Shown: positions 14,106 to 28,715 of the stretch, one piece after another
How positions within the stretch are numbered: position 1 is the stretch's first letter
Layout of the letters: every line of letters starts with the position of its first letter
Assembly (NCBI GenBank): GCA_012295275.1
Contig: CM022676.1
Coordinates: forward strand, 434,001 to 498,000
DNA from: Chrysomallon squamiferum
Lineage: Eukaryota > Animalia > Mollusca
Direction: 5' to 3'
DNA: 64,000 nucleotides
Program-made: the position numbers and the translations under genes
Notes under the pieces: generated by a model
What the model was told of the DNA's origin: nothing
Seen by the model: only the letters and a program-made list of their open reading frames with translations
Databases searched by the model: none

Positions 14106-16581
14106 CGTAACAGTGTTGAAGTGTCTAACTAATGTAACAGTGTTGAAGTGATTCTTTTTACTATGGACAGCGAGTTTTGAATGACTGTATGACTACACAT
14201 CACAGTGGAGAAAAAAATAATGTAACATTGCTTACATCAGTTAATTCAGTTACAGTTCATTTGTGAATATATTCAGTACATGGCTTATGAGTGTATCTGT
14301 GGACTTGTGAAACAGATCCTGGATTTGTCCTGCATTATGCTTATTAATGCTGCATTTATGGAATATCTATTTATTCATCAGAATTTATCACTTGATAATT
14401 CTAGATGGTGTTAAACTGGTCCATGTGTTTCAGGGGAGAGGAAATTTGAAAAAAAGAAACAAGGGTTATTGTTGATCACTGTCATCTATGTTTATTAGTT
14501 TTTCACAGATTAAAAGGCAGGATGCTTGTTTATGTAATAATGATATTAATTTTGTGACTGGCAGGACTAGTTCTAATACCACTGATATATTTATGTCCAT
14601 GTTTGATTTCACAGAGATTGTTCCACCAAATACATAACGAATTCACTTGTCTATTTTAAATCTTACACCATAGCAGGTCAACTGCCACAGGTTAATTAAT
14701 ACAAAGCAACAACTGACAAATTTAGTAATGACTTGTATTTAACTTGATAATAAATACAATTTTCAATTATACATCTGTCAGTTTGGAGAATGTTTAAAAA
14801 CAGTGATTGACAAGTAGGCTTCTGAAAAATATTTTTGGTTTCTAAGGTGAACATTTGGTTAGCAAAACAGGGCATGTGTGTGTTTGTCATATAAATATAT
14901 ATATACACACACACATACATACATACACATAATTGTATAAGAAATTAAAATAATGTTATCTTTTATTATTATTATTATTATTTTTTAACCAAGCAATAAA
15001 GATAAATTGATAAACATGGTTTTGAATATCTATACATAAATGTGTGTGTGTGTGTGGGTGTGAGAGAGAGAGAGAACAAGAGAGAGAGAGAGAGAGAAAT
15101 CAGAATGCGTAGAAGAAAAGTTAATCATTGTGTAAATGTCACTGTAGCTGTGTGTGGCTTTGGGAATGTATGTAATTATATTTTATCTATTTACTGTTAC
15201 TACTATATTTAGTATGTATGTGTGTTTGTACTGTGTTTGTGTGAGTGAATACATGCTGTGTGTTGTGTTTGTTGTCATAGCTGTACACATCTGACTTCCA
15301 TAGGGTGTAATATGCCCCAACAGAACATTCCTGAGAGATGATGCTAATAATTCATTTACAGTTTCTCTGATATGGGAATCATTGTATTTGCATTTATATT
15401 TAAAAGATCAGCTAATCAAAATCTGGATTAGTTAATTATTTTACTAAATATTCAAGCAGAAATCACTTTATAATGAATAAATGTTTATTTATGTAGATGC
15501 CAGTACTTTAATGATAACACAAGCGTAAATTGATTATTGAATTATTAATTGTTCCTTCTTAATTGTCTTGTTTATTTTATATAACTGTTTTTGGTAATTT
15601 AAATTCTGTTACTGGTTAATGTATTGGTTATTTAAACAATAATGCACAGCATGTAAATAATGACACTAGAAATAAAAATACATCTGTCATGACAAACTTG
15701 CAGATTTGTAGTCTGTGGAAAACACTATTACAACAGGTTGATAAAATGGCAGTTTGCAAGATGTTGTTAACTAAACAATAGGAATAATAGTAACTTAAAA
15801 GAACTTACTGTCATTAATTGTAGTAACAGCGGCCACAGCAGCAGGCAGTAGTGGTAGTAGATGCAATAGTGGAAGAAGGAGGAAAAGAAGGAATAACTAA
15901 AGCTGGTGTGATAGATGTAGTGGAAGCAGTAGTAACAGTAGAAGCAATAGTAGTAGATGTAGATATGTAGATAAATCAAGAACAGTAATAGTAGTAATAG
16001 TTGCAGTAACAACAGTGATAGATAATGTAAGGGAAAAGAAAAGAAATAACAAATTAGATGGAGGACATAACGTAAAACATTATTATTATTATTATTATTA
16101 CTACACCTTTTATTCCTTTATATTTTAAAACATTTTTTATTTAATGGGTTAGTTTGCCAATGTAACCAAGAAAAAAAAAAATTCAAGACGAAGCCGATTT
16201 TCGAGACAGTACTAAACGCGTTGTTTATAGAAGTAAAGAATAACAGAAAAACCCAACACATCAATAATTCAAATAATTTCAGCAGTGTGTAAGAGAAATA
16301 AATCGCGCATTTAACATAAAAAGAAAAAAAAAAGAAACTAGTTTATATATTTCAACTTTTTTTTTCACTTACAATATAAGCATGGTTATAAAAATAATTT
16401 TTCGAAATTTATCTCAAAATCTAAGCAAATTTGTATAATTAGTGGTCCAAGGTAAATAACTCTTGTTTAGAAGCGGTAACAAGAGTTGTTTCCCTTAGAC
16501 CATAAATCGAAGTCATATTTGAAGAAGAACATGTTTCGTTAATGGTGTAAGAGAAATCTCTAGTTAATAATAATAATAATC

Positions 16582-16627
<46 letters not shown>

Positions 16628-18943
16628 TCATGCTGAAAAGATATTTATTTCTTTATTTTTTTAATTTTTAATTTTTAATTTTTTAAATTATAAATTTTGG
16701 TTTTTGCCAAAATTAGAAAATATTAAATAATAATAATAAAAAAAGGCTAAACAGGTTAGTTAAAATATATATTTATTTTCCTCAAGTTTGTTTGCAAGTT
16801 TAAAATAACAACAAAAACATTAATAAATAAATAAATAAATAAATAAATAAACAGTGTTTTACATTACACCTAAAGTGTGTCTTTTGTATTTGCTTTTTTA
16901 AATGAAGTCACAATCAGAGAAAACATTACATACTGAATCGACCATCACTGTATTTTGTAACAAAGCAGTCGTTTATCATCTTACTTCACTGGACTGAAGC
17001 TGGCACTCTGCATCAAATCAAGTTATTCCCTTTGAAGACAAGTTACTAATTGTAATTTTTCTGTTAGCCTGCCTGTGTTGTCATCCTTCCCAGAAGTATT
17101 TTGGGTGTGTGCAGCAGTTTAGTGCATGTGGTTACTGGACATCTCAGAGAATCATTATACCATTGGACTTGTTATAACACGAGTGAGCTCAGTGCAGGCA
17201 TTATTAAGAAGTCTGACTGAACAAAAACAAAAACAACAGCAATAATAAAAAAGAAACAAATCTTTATTACCATACAATCTTGACAACAGTAACAAACAGC
17301 AATGATGTATGTTCTTGTCAATATAAAAATACACACAATACATAAACATTTACTTACTCATATACAGCAAATTAAGTATTCCAAAAAGAAAAACAGGATA
17401 AAAAAAGAAGTACTTTATCATTTTCATCATTTCTGTTAAATACTGGAATTTACATAAAATTTTAAAATATTCTTTTGTTCACATTCATTCTAGTCTATGT
17501 AGACTTTTTAAACTACAAAGTGATAGAGAGGAGTCCTGGAAAAGCATTTTAGTTTCTGTTTGAGAATTAAAACCAGTTGGATATTTCAAAAACTCACAAC
17601 AATCATTTAATTATTTACTTTATTCTGTACAAACACCTGATTCAGTTTATCTTTTTTCTTAATTCTTCTTCTCTTTGCTAATGACAGTGCTTGCTAGTTG
17701 TAAAGTCTGAAGACACTTGAACAGCATGTCAGTTTATACATTCAAAACATGATTAAAATTATGTAGATAAACTTTGAGAATAAGATGTATTTCAGTTTTA
17801 TCAAAATTTATCCTCAATACATTTCAGTTCAGATGATTCACATGTTAAACTTCCACTTCCAAACATTTTTTTTTTCTCTTCATATATTTCTCATCTTTTT
17901 ATTCATAATTAATTCTCAGTCAATTCCATTTCAGTTTATTCATGAATCCCTAATAAATTTCAATTTATCAGCCATTTTCTGCTATTTCTAATTATTACTG
18001 GTAAACTGAGATCATATTGTTTAGTCTTGAAATCTTCCATTCCAGAGTTTTAATGTGACATCAAAATGAATTACTTAAAACCCAGCTATGACAATCTTAA
18101 TAAAAGCAGAAACAAAACAATACAATTATAAATAAAAAAGTTTAAACATGAATAAAGAAAATGTTTAACAAAACTGTTACATCATGAATATTCATATACA
18201 CTTTGTTATCACAAGTATTTGTGTATGTCTGTGTGTGTGTGTGTGTAAAATATGGTGGTAATGTACTATGAAGATAAAAGTTACATTAAAAAGACATCTA
18301 CTTTCACACACAGTAATAAAATGTAGATAACATTCTACTGAAAGACACTGAGTATGCATGTGTATATGTTTCATAAACAGAAGTTTTCAAACCCACTTTT
18401 ATTTGCAGGAGAAAAACATTTTTAAAAACTATATTAACCCTTTCTGTGTCCTAAAATTTCACTCAGTATTTCCCCCTGTACACCTGATGCTGGGAAATGT
18501 TTATTGCACCAAAAGGGTTAACACAGGGTGCAGAGACTGCTGAAGTAATAACACATTCAGCAGTTAGACCTCCAATAACGAAAAGACAAATGATATGTAA
18601 AACAGCTCATAACACAAACATTGTCTTCTTGACATCATTTGTGACTGAAACAACCACACACTTAAGAAAGCCATGTTTTCATGTCAATTTCTATCCAAAT
18701 AATATTAATGAAAATGACATGCTGATGAGGCCATCTTTGTGTAAATGTTTCAAGTTGTATAATAAATAAACTAAATTATCAGATAATTTTACAGACTAAA
18801 CAAAATTCAGTGCTAATACATTAGTCTGAATGCCCCCTTTAGATCAAGTTTGGATTTTTTTTACAACACTATATCCATTCATATCAGATTATGTAAATCT
18901 ATTCACATAACATACACACACATAACTCACCTAACACACACAT

Positions 18944-18982
<39 letters not shown>

Positions 18983-21230
18983 CATAACATAACACCATTA
19001 CATAACACCTATATCCATTCATATCAGATTATGTAAATCTATTCACATCCAACACACAAATACACACACACACACACAACACACACAAACACACATACAC
19101 ACACACACCAAAACATGTGCCACACACACACAAACACATGTGCCATAACATACACACACACACACACAAACACATGTGCCATAACATACACACACACACA
19201 CACAAACACATGTGCCATAACATACACAAACTTATAAAAAGTGGACAAATTAGAAGAATTATGAATATTCATGACTAATTTGAATTAAAATTTCTGTTTA
19301 ATCTGTAAACAAGATCAGTACTAGGTTCAGGCTGAATAAAAATCAGTCTGTTTTGTTATTTCTGCTGATTTTCTAAAATTAAAACAATAAAAAATTAATA
19401 AATAATAAAATGTAATAATAACAAAAAAAAAAATAAAAAAAGAGAAAAGCCTGAAAAAACTAGTCACTTGTAGATAATGTAAGAACAGATTTTTTCAGTT
19501 TTGGTTTTTGACTATAGATACAACCTGATAAAACATTACAACAGTTCTGATGTCAGTGTGATGCTGTTTTCACATCAAGGGATGGTCTCTCTTAGTCTCT
19601 AATAAATTTAGTACAAAAAATACAAACATTCACAGAGGCTGACATTTTCCTCTTTTTAATAATTTTTTTTTTTTTTTTTTTTAAACATTTCCTCCAAAAC
19701 TACTGGTAGATTAAGTAAAAGAAATATAAAGTTCTTTCTTTCCTTTTTTTTTTATCTTCAGATTTTTTTGAATTCTTAAAGTTGAACTGATTCTAAATCA
19801 AGGAAGAAAGAAAGAAAAATATGTTTTCTTAATGATTACAAAATAATCTCTCTCCTAATCCCTCCACACAAAATTCACAAGATTGCAATCTGCTAATCTA
19901 TTTAATATATTTTAATATATAATAAAGATATGACACATGTACTTTGGCAACTTGTTCTTTTTGTTAAACCTTTAGATCTACAAATACATTTAAAAATAAT
20001 AAAAAAAAGATGGAAAGAAAGGTAAATAAGTAGTAGTAGTAACAAAATAAACAAACAAATAAATAAATAAATACATAATAATAATAAAAAAATCTTTTGG
20101 CATGACTTATTTCTGTCTGTGTGTGTATGTACATAGTAGTGTGTTTTCTATTTGAGTAATAACAGAATATCCTGCAAACAGCATACATTGTACACATCTT
20201 CATATTTCATCTTGTTTGTAAATAAAATTAAAAGAAGTAAATTTAAGAAATGTGTTACATTATGTTTGTCAGGTATTCTGAGTGAAGAATGTACATTATA
20301 AAAACTGTCATGGATCAGTTGTTTTATTCACAGTTCATCTGCTCTGTAAAAACACAAGTCTGTCAGTGATAGACTAATTCTGTCACTTTGTGTTGTGATG
20401 GAAACATTTGAATAACTGTTAACTCTCAATAAACATACTGCTAAAGATTTGAGAATTGTGTCCCTTTGTAACCAAATCAGTGTTTGTATATCTCATGACC
20501 AGATTACAAATAGATTTCATTTTTTTTCTCTATAATATATCTCTGTAATTATACAATTAAAGTATATATATACATACACATACTAAACAAATAATAATAA
20601 AAAAACAAACAAAAAACAAAAAATAAAGTAATAATTTAAAAAGAATAAAGATTAAAAATGTCAGATTTTGTACAACAGACTTGTATTGTGGGTGACATGT
20701 TAACAAGTGAATATAAAAATGTGTCAACTGTTGGGATATGAATGCAACACATCTTAAGTAACACACAGCACTGGCTGAGTAAAGAAACATTTTTAAGTTA
20801 ATTTCAATTACATGATCTTAACTAGACTGACAAAATAAAAAATGTTCAACTCACGAAAGCACAGAAAACAAACCTGCTTTCAGTGATCTGATGCACACAA
20901 CAGCAAATACAGCAATGAGGTCAGAAAAGGGTATAACATACACATACATTCTTAGAGCTGAACAGGATGTACAAATCAAAGAATTCATTCCTCTTTGAAA
21001 GAATAACATATGTACAAAAATACATCAACGCTGCAGACACGCAGGCCTCTCTCTGTGTGTTAACAAACACTTGTACACATATAAACGTTTACATGTCTTT
21101 TTTCCGCAATAAAAATCGTCACACTGATTATGAGATTAACTTTTCTTTCCAATAAATATATTTTATTTATAAAAGTGAAAACATTCTAGTTATCATACAC
21201 AATGATTATAATAATAATAATAATAATAGA

Positions 21231-21262
<32 letters not shown>

Positions 21263-21434
21263 TAATAATAATCAAATAACAATGTTAATAATAATAATAA
21301 TAGGATCATATTAAAAAGGGTGATGATGACAATGATAAAAATAATAAAACAGTTGTGTATGAAAAGTGATTTGTGTATAAAAAGTTTTGAGCAGCTAGGA
21401 CATTGATTTTAAAACCGGTTACAAATTGATGACC

Positions 21435-24319
21435 TCAAACTCTGAACTGTGGTGGTGTGTCAAAGGTCACAGGTTGAAACTGAACTGGACATAACCAAGC
21501 TAGTGGATGCCCTGAGGGAAAAAAAGAAAAAAAGTAAAATGAAAAAGAATTAAAAATGTGTTTAATGATCCAAAACACCACCAGACTTACAGCTGTATTG
21601 ACCGTATGTGTTGAACTGAGGTGAAGACCTTCCTAGAATATTTGTGACTGTGACAATGACTACACTGAATGTCTAGTGACATTTTATTACACTGAACAAA
21701 ACAGTCACATGTCACTCATTTATAAATAGTATAATAAATGTACATCAGATTTCATGTTTCATTTGACAATGCAGATTTTGTTTAGATAATTTAAAACAAC
21801 AATTGCTGAAATTAAGTCATTATTAGAATGTACAACACATAAAGGCATGTTATTGAATGTCGGTAATCTGAAAAAAAAAAAAAAAAAAAAAAATTTTTTT
21901 AACTGAAAATAGGATAGAACTGATTTTTTAAAAAATACCAAAAACTTTTCAACTTTAAACTAACTGTTAATTTACCTGAAGGAATTAAAAATAAAATTTT
22001 TGTCAGACACATTTAAAAAAAAGAAATGAATACTAAATGAGAATAATGATATTAATGAATCTGGTGCTGAGTGCTAAATATTCCATTATTCAGCTGGATG
22101 TTTTCTTTGCAAAGTCTGTTTTAAACTGTGTGCTTTGAACAGTTATGTTTTTCTAGTTATCATAAAATAATCCTACATAACTTAACACATGTAACAATGT
22201 TTGCAAGAAAAACCCAAATTAACAAGACTAAAAGTATTCTAATTGCTTGACTTTTGTATTTTTCATCTCTTCATTTCAATGATGTTTAGGTTTATGTGCT
22301 CAGGTTACATGCTACACTATGATAAAAGTGATGTTATAAACATGTATTTGAATTTACCAGAAGGTGACATTACCAACCAGGTTGGGATTCATTTGACTCA
22401 GTCAAAGTGTAAAAATGCAAACTGGCAGATGACACTTATTTGTGAGAAATGTGATGTTTTAGTCTCACCTTTTCCGAAAACCTCTTGAAACAGAGCGAAC
22501 TTTGACTTGGAGTATCGCCGATGTCCATCACGTTTTACATGTTCAACAGCCGTCTCATCGTTGAGAATTGACGAAATCTGTCACAAACAACAAACACAGC
22601 TGTTAGATCAGTTCTCAACATACACACCTGTACACTAAGCCACTTTAGTAATGTCACATTTTGTTTTTGTCAAACTAGATTGGGAGGTACCCTTTCTGTA
22701 CTTAATTCCAAAACTTAGAGAAAATATGTTTCATTTTAAAGAAATTCTGCATGTGTTCTGTTTTCTATCACTGTTCTATATTCAAAGACAGTACATTTAT
22801 TCTCTGCACATAACAACATTTATGTGTACTTGTTCTGTGTGATAGCTCAGCTGTGTAACTATTTGTTATAAAAACATCGACTGTAATACAGTTATACAGT
22901 TTTATCTACAATAGTTTTTATATGATTTATTGTATCATCTCTTATGGTAAAAACCCCAAATAACTGAGACAGTGATTTCTGTCAAATGATAATAGTTCAT
23001 GTTGTTTTTCTCAAAAATATTGCTCATGAAAATATGTTTTTAATTGAAATTAATAATAATCTATCTATCTAAATGTCTCTGTATGTATGTGTATGTATGT
23101 ATGTGTGTATGTATGTATATGTATGACTGTGTGTATGAACAGTATCACTAAAAGTATTGTTGTATCTGCAGAATGACACTAGAAAACAGTGTGAGGTGTA
23201 CATGTATTTGACTGTTTCCAGTGATTGTCTTTTTCTGGTTGGATGTTTTATGTTCTGTGTAACAATGTCTGTCATGTTGATCACATTTTAAAAATGTTTT
23301 CTAAATAAATTTGTAACAAACAGCTCACCTGGTCACAGCCAATGGCCACCACAAACAAGCCAAACAAAATGCACTCTATCACCAGAATTATGGAATGTAA
23401 TCTGAAACAACAAAAACAAACAAACAAACAAATAAATATATACCAAATAACAAATAAAATAAAATAAATGTAATGAAATAAAATTATAAATAAATAAAGT
23501 AAAGTAAAGTAAAGTAAAGTAAAGTAAAGTAAAATAAAATAAAATAAAATAAAATAAAATAAAATAAAATAAAATAAAATAAAATAAAATAAAAATAATA
23601 CAAAATATTTAAAGGAAAAAATAATAAAATGAACAATTAAAAATAAATATGTGAAAAAATGGTATTCAATATTCATTTATAAAAAACCCCTGAAAGAATA
23701 GTGTGACAGACATTTGTATAATCACTGAATATAATTACTGTGTTGGAGATGTGGTTTACTTAAAATGATGCTTTGGAATAATGATTTACTGTGAAGAACT
23801 AACAAAAACCAGGACCACATTATATGAAAACCTGAAGTGTGACTGAAAACAAGTCTAGTCACCTAGTCAGAGGGAGGGTAGTTATAAAATATACTTCCTG
23901 CTAACTTATAAGAGTAGGCCACAAACTGTGAGAGTGGATTTTACATAACAACCTCAAATCGAAATATAAATAAATGACAATAAAGTAATAGCAGTTGGTA
24001 TCAACAAAAAACTTTGCATAAAACTATTTTTTATGGTTAAGAAAATTGTGACATGATTTAGAAAACAACAGATATAAAGAGTTACAAAAATTTCTTTAAA
24101 AATCTTTTACTTGTATAGCCAACACTTAAGTTTATAAAAAAAAAATTGTATTTATATAAAAAAGATGAGAAAAAATGGATAAATGTCAAATCTTACAATT
24201 TTATATGTCGAACACTTTCAATTGGAGTTGGATCCAGAATCCAGGCTGTGATCACCATAGCAACAGCATAAACACTAGAAACTCCTGGAAAAAATTAAAC
24301 ATTATCATGAAATATCAGA

Positions 24320-24355
<36 letters not shown>

Positions 24356-27300
24356 TGTATGAGACAGAAGAGATATGATGTGATGTCAGCGTGTGTCTGT
24401 GGGAAAAGAGATTAATCTTCATATATCAGTGAACTGAATAATAAATTTCAATGCCATGTTTTAATTCATAAACATATAATATTAGCATCAATGTTCAAAA
24501 GATATCAAAGACGAAAATTTGGAATGTTTAAATAAACTGTTAATCTTCACAATTTGTAATAAACACAAATATATGATGCATGGTTTTGAAATACATTAAT
24601 TGAGACGAAATGTTACTAACTGATTGTTTTAAAGAAAAAGACAAGTTTTAAAACAGTAAAAAATGTTATTACACTCAAGTTTAAAACTGAAATTTACTTA
24701 AGAGGTAAGTGTTTTCAAACACAAAACAAAAACAAAGTTTGAGATGTTTTTTTTGAAAAAACACAGACTTACCAACATAAAACAAAAACTGTATAAAAAA
24801 CCAGACTTACCAACATAAAACAAAAACTGAATAAAAAACACAGACTTACCAACATAAAACAAAAACTGAATAAAAAAACCAGACTTACCGACATAAAACA
24901 AAAACTGTATAAAAAAACCAGACTTACCAACATAAAACAAAAACTGAATAAAAAAACCAGACTTACCAACATAAAACAAAAACTGAATAAAAAACTTCTG
25001 GTTGTATTCACCCACACAGTTGTTTATCCTGAAAGAAGCAGAAAAAAAGGACAAATCAGTTCACTAATCAGAATAATAATAAAAACCATTTTTAACCAGT
25101 TGTCAAGAGTTATTCCCCTTAATGAAGACCACTTATTGTTACTGAGCTGTTTCCTGTTTACACTGAGTAACTTTGAGTTTATTCAGTTCTTTTCTCTGTT
25201 TATAAAGTATTACACATAATTTTCTCTTTTGTTTGTACTGCAGTACAGGCTGAGAATCCTTCATCCAAAATGCAGAAATCAGAAAAGCTCTGAAATGTGA
25301 AACTTTTCCCAAGCATACATTTGTATAAACTGTATTTGAAAAATAAATGAATTCATATTTAGTCTCAAGCTATCTCCTCATCTTTCAAAATCTGAAAAAT
25401 TCTTAAATCCAAAAACACTTTCAGTCCCAAGCATTTCAGCTGAAAGATGTTCAGCCTGCACATTTCGATGTTGTTGTGGTTGTACAATAGCTGTCTACCC
25501 TATCTTTAACACTAACCACTTTTAACTGGTGTGAGCCTGTTTTTCACTAACAAGTTGAATATGATTAACCATTTGGATTAATATAAATGTTATGCAAGTT
25601 TCTTTTTAGATGTTTACCAATTAAGTATATATTATTGTAAATATCTGGCATGCATTCTTGACTTAAACCCATATCTAGAACTGGAAAAAAAAAAAAAAGA
25701 GAGAGCAAAACATAATGCAGCGACATTCATTAGAAAACATGTTTGTTGCAAAACACTTGCTAGATTAAGACAGACAGACAAACACCAGTTTATTTTAAAA
25801 ACATGTAACTACATTCGACATGAAGACTCAAACAGTGGAAATAAAAAGTGAAACTAACCATGGACAGTGATGATCCATCCTTCGAATACAGCGTCGACAA
25901 ACACGACAGTGATGTGCGCGAGGTGGTCGGTACGTTTCACACTTCATACACACTGTCCAACCCTCGTTCTGAAAACACACCCCGAATATTTAAACACACA
26001 TCAACTGGCAGTGAAGATAAGTACTAACATGTTTTAGACACAGTGTCAGTGGGGATTCCACATAACATGGCAGGTTATTCACATCATAATAATTACATTA
26101 TAAAATAAAATATTGTTTATCTAACTTTTTTTGTTGATAGAATGCATACATAGGAAATCTCTTATGGCATATTCAAATTATAAAATAAAATTATGAAATA
26201 AAATATTGTTTATAGATATTAATTTGTAATAACAGTTTTAGAATCAATGTTCAGTAAAGTAATAACAATGATAAATTCAAATATCTACTTAATATTAAAA
26301 TAAATTACAAACACTTTTTCAAATGTTGTTTCCAGAATGCATGTCTGAGAAACATATAAACTATACTGTTGATATATTCAAGTGAAAAGATAATAATAAA
26401 ACACAAACATTTTTAGAAGTGTTTCCGGAGTGCATGTCTGAGAAACATATAAACTACACTGTTGATATATTCAAGTGAAAAGATAATAATAAAACACAAA
26501 CATTTTTAGAAGTGTTTCCAGAGTGCATGTCTGAGAAACATATAAACTATACTGTTGATATATTCAAGTGAAAAGATAAATATAAAACACAAACATTTTT
26601 AGAAGTGTTTCCGGAGTGCATGTCTGAGAAGTCGATGCTGGTGGAAGGGAGTGGCACGACTCCGGGGTCAGAGAGAACAGCTCTCAGGTGCGACACGGTC
26701 AGCAGAAATAAAACAGTGTTGAACACCACCGCATGAAACGCTCCCCATAAACTGAAATAAAACTTTACACATGTAAGAAAACCAGAGAAAGCGACACAGT
26801 CACACACAGAAATTAAATTTAAAAGAAAAATCTTTAAGCCAGTATGTAAATTTCCACTACTTGATGAAATCTAAACACTGTTACATCACAAAATCAATAC
26901 TAGAAAATTCCAGTAAGAAGAATGACCACTGAGTAGCCACTGGACAGTGGTCATCCCAGCTACTTTATAATCCACATGCATACTAACCAGCTTGCCCTAA
27001 CAGCAGATTACTGTTTTCCTCATATGATACTATTTTAAAATGTTCTCTTTTGAAAAGTTTAATCAAATATATACTACTCCACTCGAAACTTTTCTCACTG
27101 AAACATTATTTGAAATGAATTTACTGGATACAGAAATGCCAAAGTATGCACGGACCATCTCTTTACATTTACAGATTACAGAGTCACTAATAATAATATT
27201 ATAATATATTTATTGTTCAAATACCTAATGTAATAAAGTATTTATTGTAATTACCATTTTATATAATTCTAATATTTTATTATCTGTGGTAGAAATAGTG

Positions 27301-27774
27301 ATGGTAGAATTAGCTGAAGTAGTAGTAGTGATGATGGCAGTATAGTAGTAGAAATAGTAGTAGTAGTAGTAGTAGAAATAGTAGTACTAGTAGTAGAAAT
27401 AGTAGTAGTAGTAATACAATACAGACTTTAAAAGAAAGAAAATAAAGAAATGTGAATACAAAACATAATAAATATAACGACTCAAGTAGCCATTCATTTT
27501 AAAACCAGAACAGTGAACACTGTGAAGCTTTAGTTTTACTTTTACTGTTTTACGTTTACTGATTTAGTGTCAGTGTGCTAATGACAGATGATGAAGTTAC
27601 TGTCTACTCGTCAACCTGTGTAATTTAAACAACAATACACGAAACACAGACTTACGAATAAGCCATGGATGGAATAATAAGATGTCTGATAACCACATAA
27701 TCGGCGTAGAGCACTGCTATATACGTGAAAACTACACATGTGATTCCGCAGGGATCACCTCGGAAAACAACCAT
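21435..27774 (-). CDS. ZDHHC3: DHHC-type palmitoyltransferase, ZDHHC3/ZDHHC7-like (8 coding exons, 264 aa)
   Basis: Exons 27774-27656, 26751-26595, 25968-25859, 25028-24967, 24284-24197, 23401-23329, 22577-22469, 21511-21435; phases match, total 795 nt. Contains [69 protein letters not shown] and WLCP. ZDHHC3 versus ZDHHC7 cannot be distinguished by eye. Confidence 0.93.
24762..24994 (-). repeat. 6 x 39-bp tandem repeat containing the exon-4 3' end and its GTAAGT donor
   Basis: Unit on - strand tttttttattcagtttttgttttatgttg|gtaagtctgg. Exon-end positions 24967, 24928, 24889, 24850, 24811, 24773. Confidence 0.95.
25246..25458. mobile_element. Tigger-like MITE, copy 2
   Basis: ta-caggctgagaatccttcatccaaaa ... 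tttcagctgaaagatgttcagcctg; similar to 13499-13773. Confidence 0.65.
26327..26630 (-). repeat. ~3.2 x 93-bp tandem repeat containing the exon-2 3' end and donor
   Basis: Exon-end copies at 26595, 26502 and 26409 (period 93). Confidence 0.95.
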
Positions 27775-28541
27775 GATGGATGTTCTTTTCTTTACTTTCC
27801 TCCAAAAGAAAAAGAGCATTGTCTGAAGTTCCCACCACAGGAGGATCAAGTGCCTTAATCAGTAAAATAATATCTGACGATTTACAAGCAGAAACTGCTT
27901 TTGTTATCAAAAACAGATTTTATTAGATCGTGTAAATCTGTTTGACAAAATATTTAACGACGTTATTAATCTTTATATACACGTTTGCATTACTATTTAC
28001 TGATCAAGAAGTAATAAATCTCTTCAAATAATTATATAACAAGTCCCGAAAATAATGATAATTATTAATTATATTTTAATGTGTTTGTGTGTGCATATTT
28101 GTCTTTGACTGTGTGTTTGTCTGTATAGTATGTATGTAGATAATATTATTTTTTTCCATTATTTATTTATTTATTTATTTATTTTAACATTATATAAATA
28201 GTATTTTAAAAATTGTTTTAATAACGAAATCTTGAAAAATATTTTTATTTAACTATAAGGTGTACTTATTATATAAACATTATTTTATACATATATATAT
28301 ATATATAAAGAAAAAAGAAAGAAAAAAGAAATAAATTAATAATAATAATAATAATAATAAGAAGAAGAAGAAGAAGAATAACTAATTAGGTACTCTGAAC
28401 TAATCGTTTTAAGTATTAGTGTTTTTGTTATTGCTCTTGCTATTGTTTCCGTATCGAGCGTGTTACTTGTGTTGATCTTAGGTGGGAGAATGGAACGTAT
28501 ATAGAGGTATTTAACATTTTACCTGTTATGATACTCCAAGT

Positions 28542-28542
<1 letters not shown>

Positions 28543-28624
<82 letters not shown>
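28543..28624. repeat. (AG)n microsatellite
   Basis: Pure dinucleotide run. Confidence 0.95.
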
Positions 28625-28629
<5 letters not shown>

Positions 28630-28680
28630 ATAATATGAATAATACCATCAACAGCAATAATAATAATAAATTTAAAAACA

Positions 28681-28715
<35 letters not shown>

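Noticed and set aside
14106-21434. Additional gene between the convergent Ig and ZDHHC genes
   Set aside because: No exon chain or protein motif found; consistent with long 3'UTRs and intergenic DNA.
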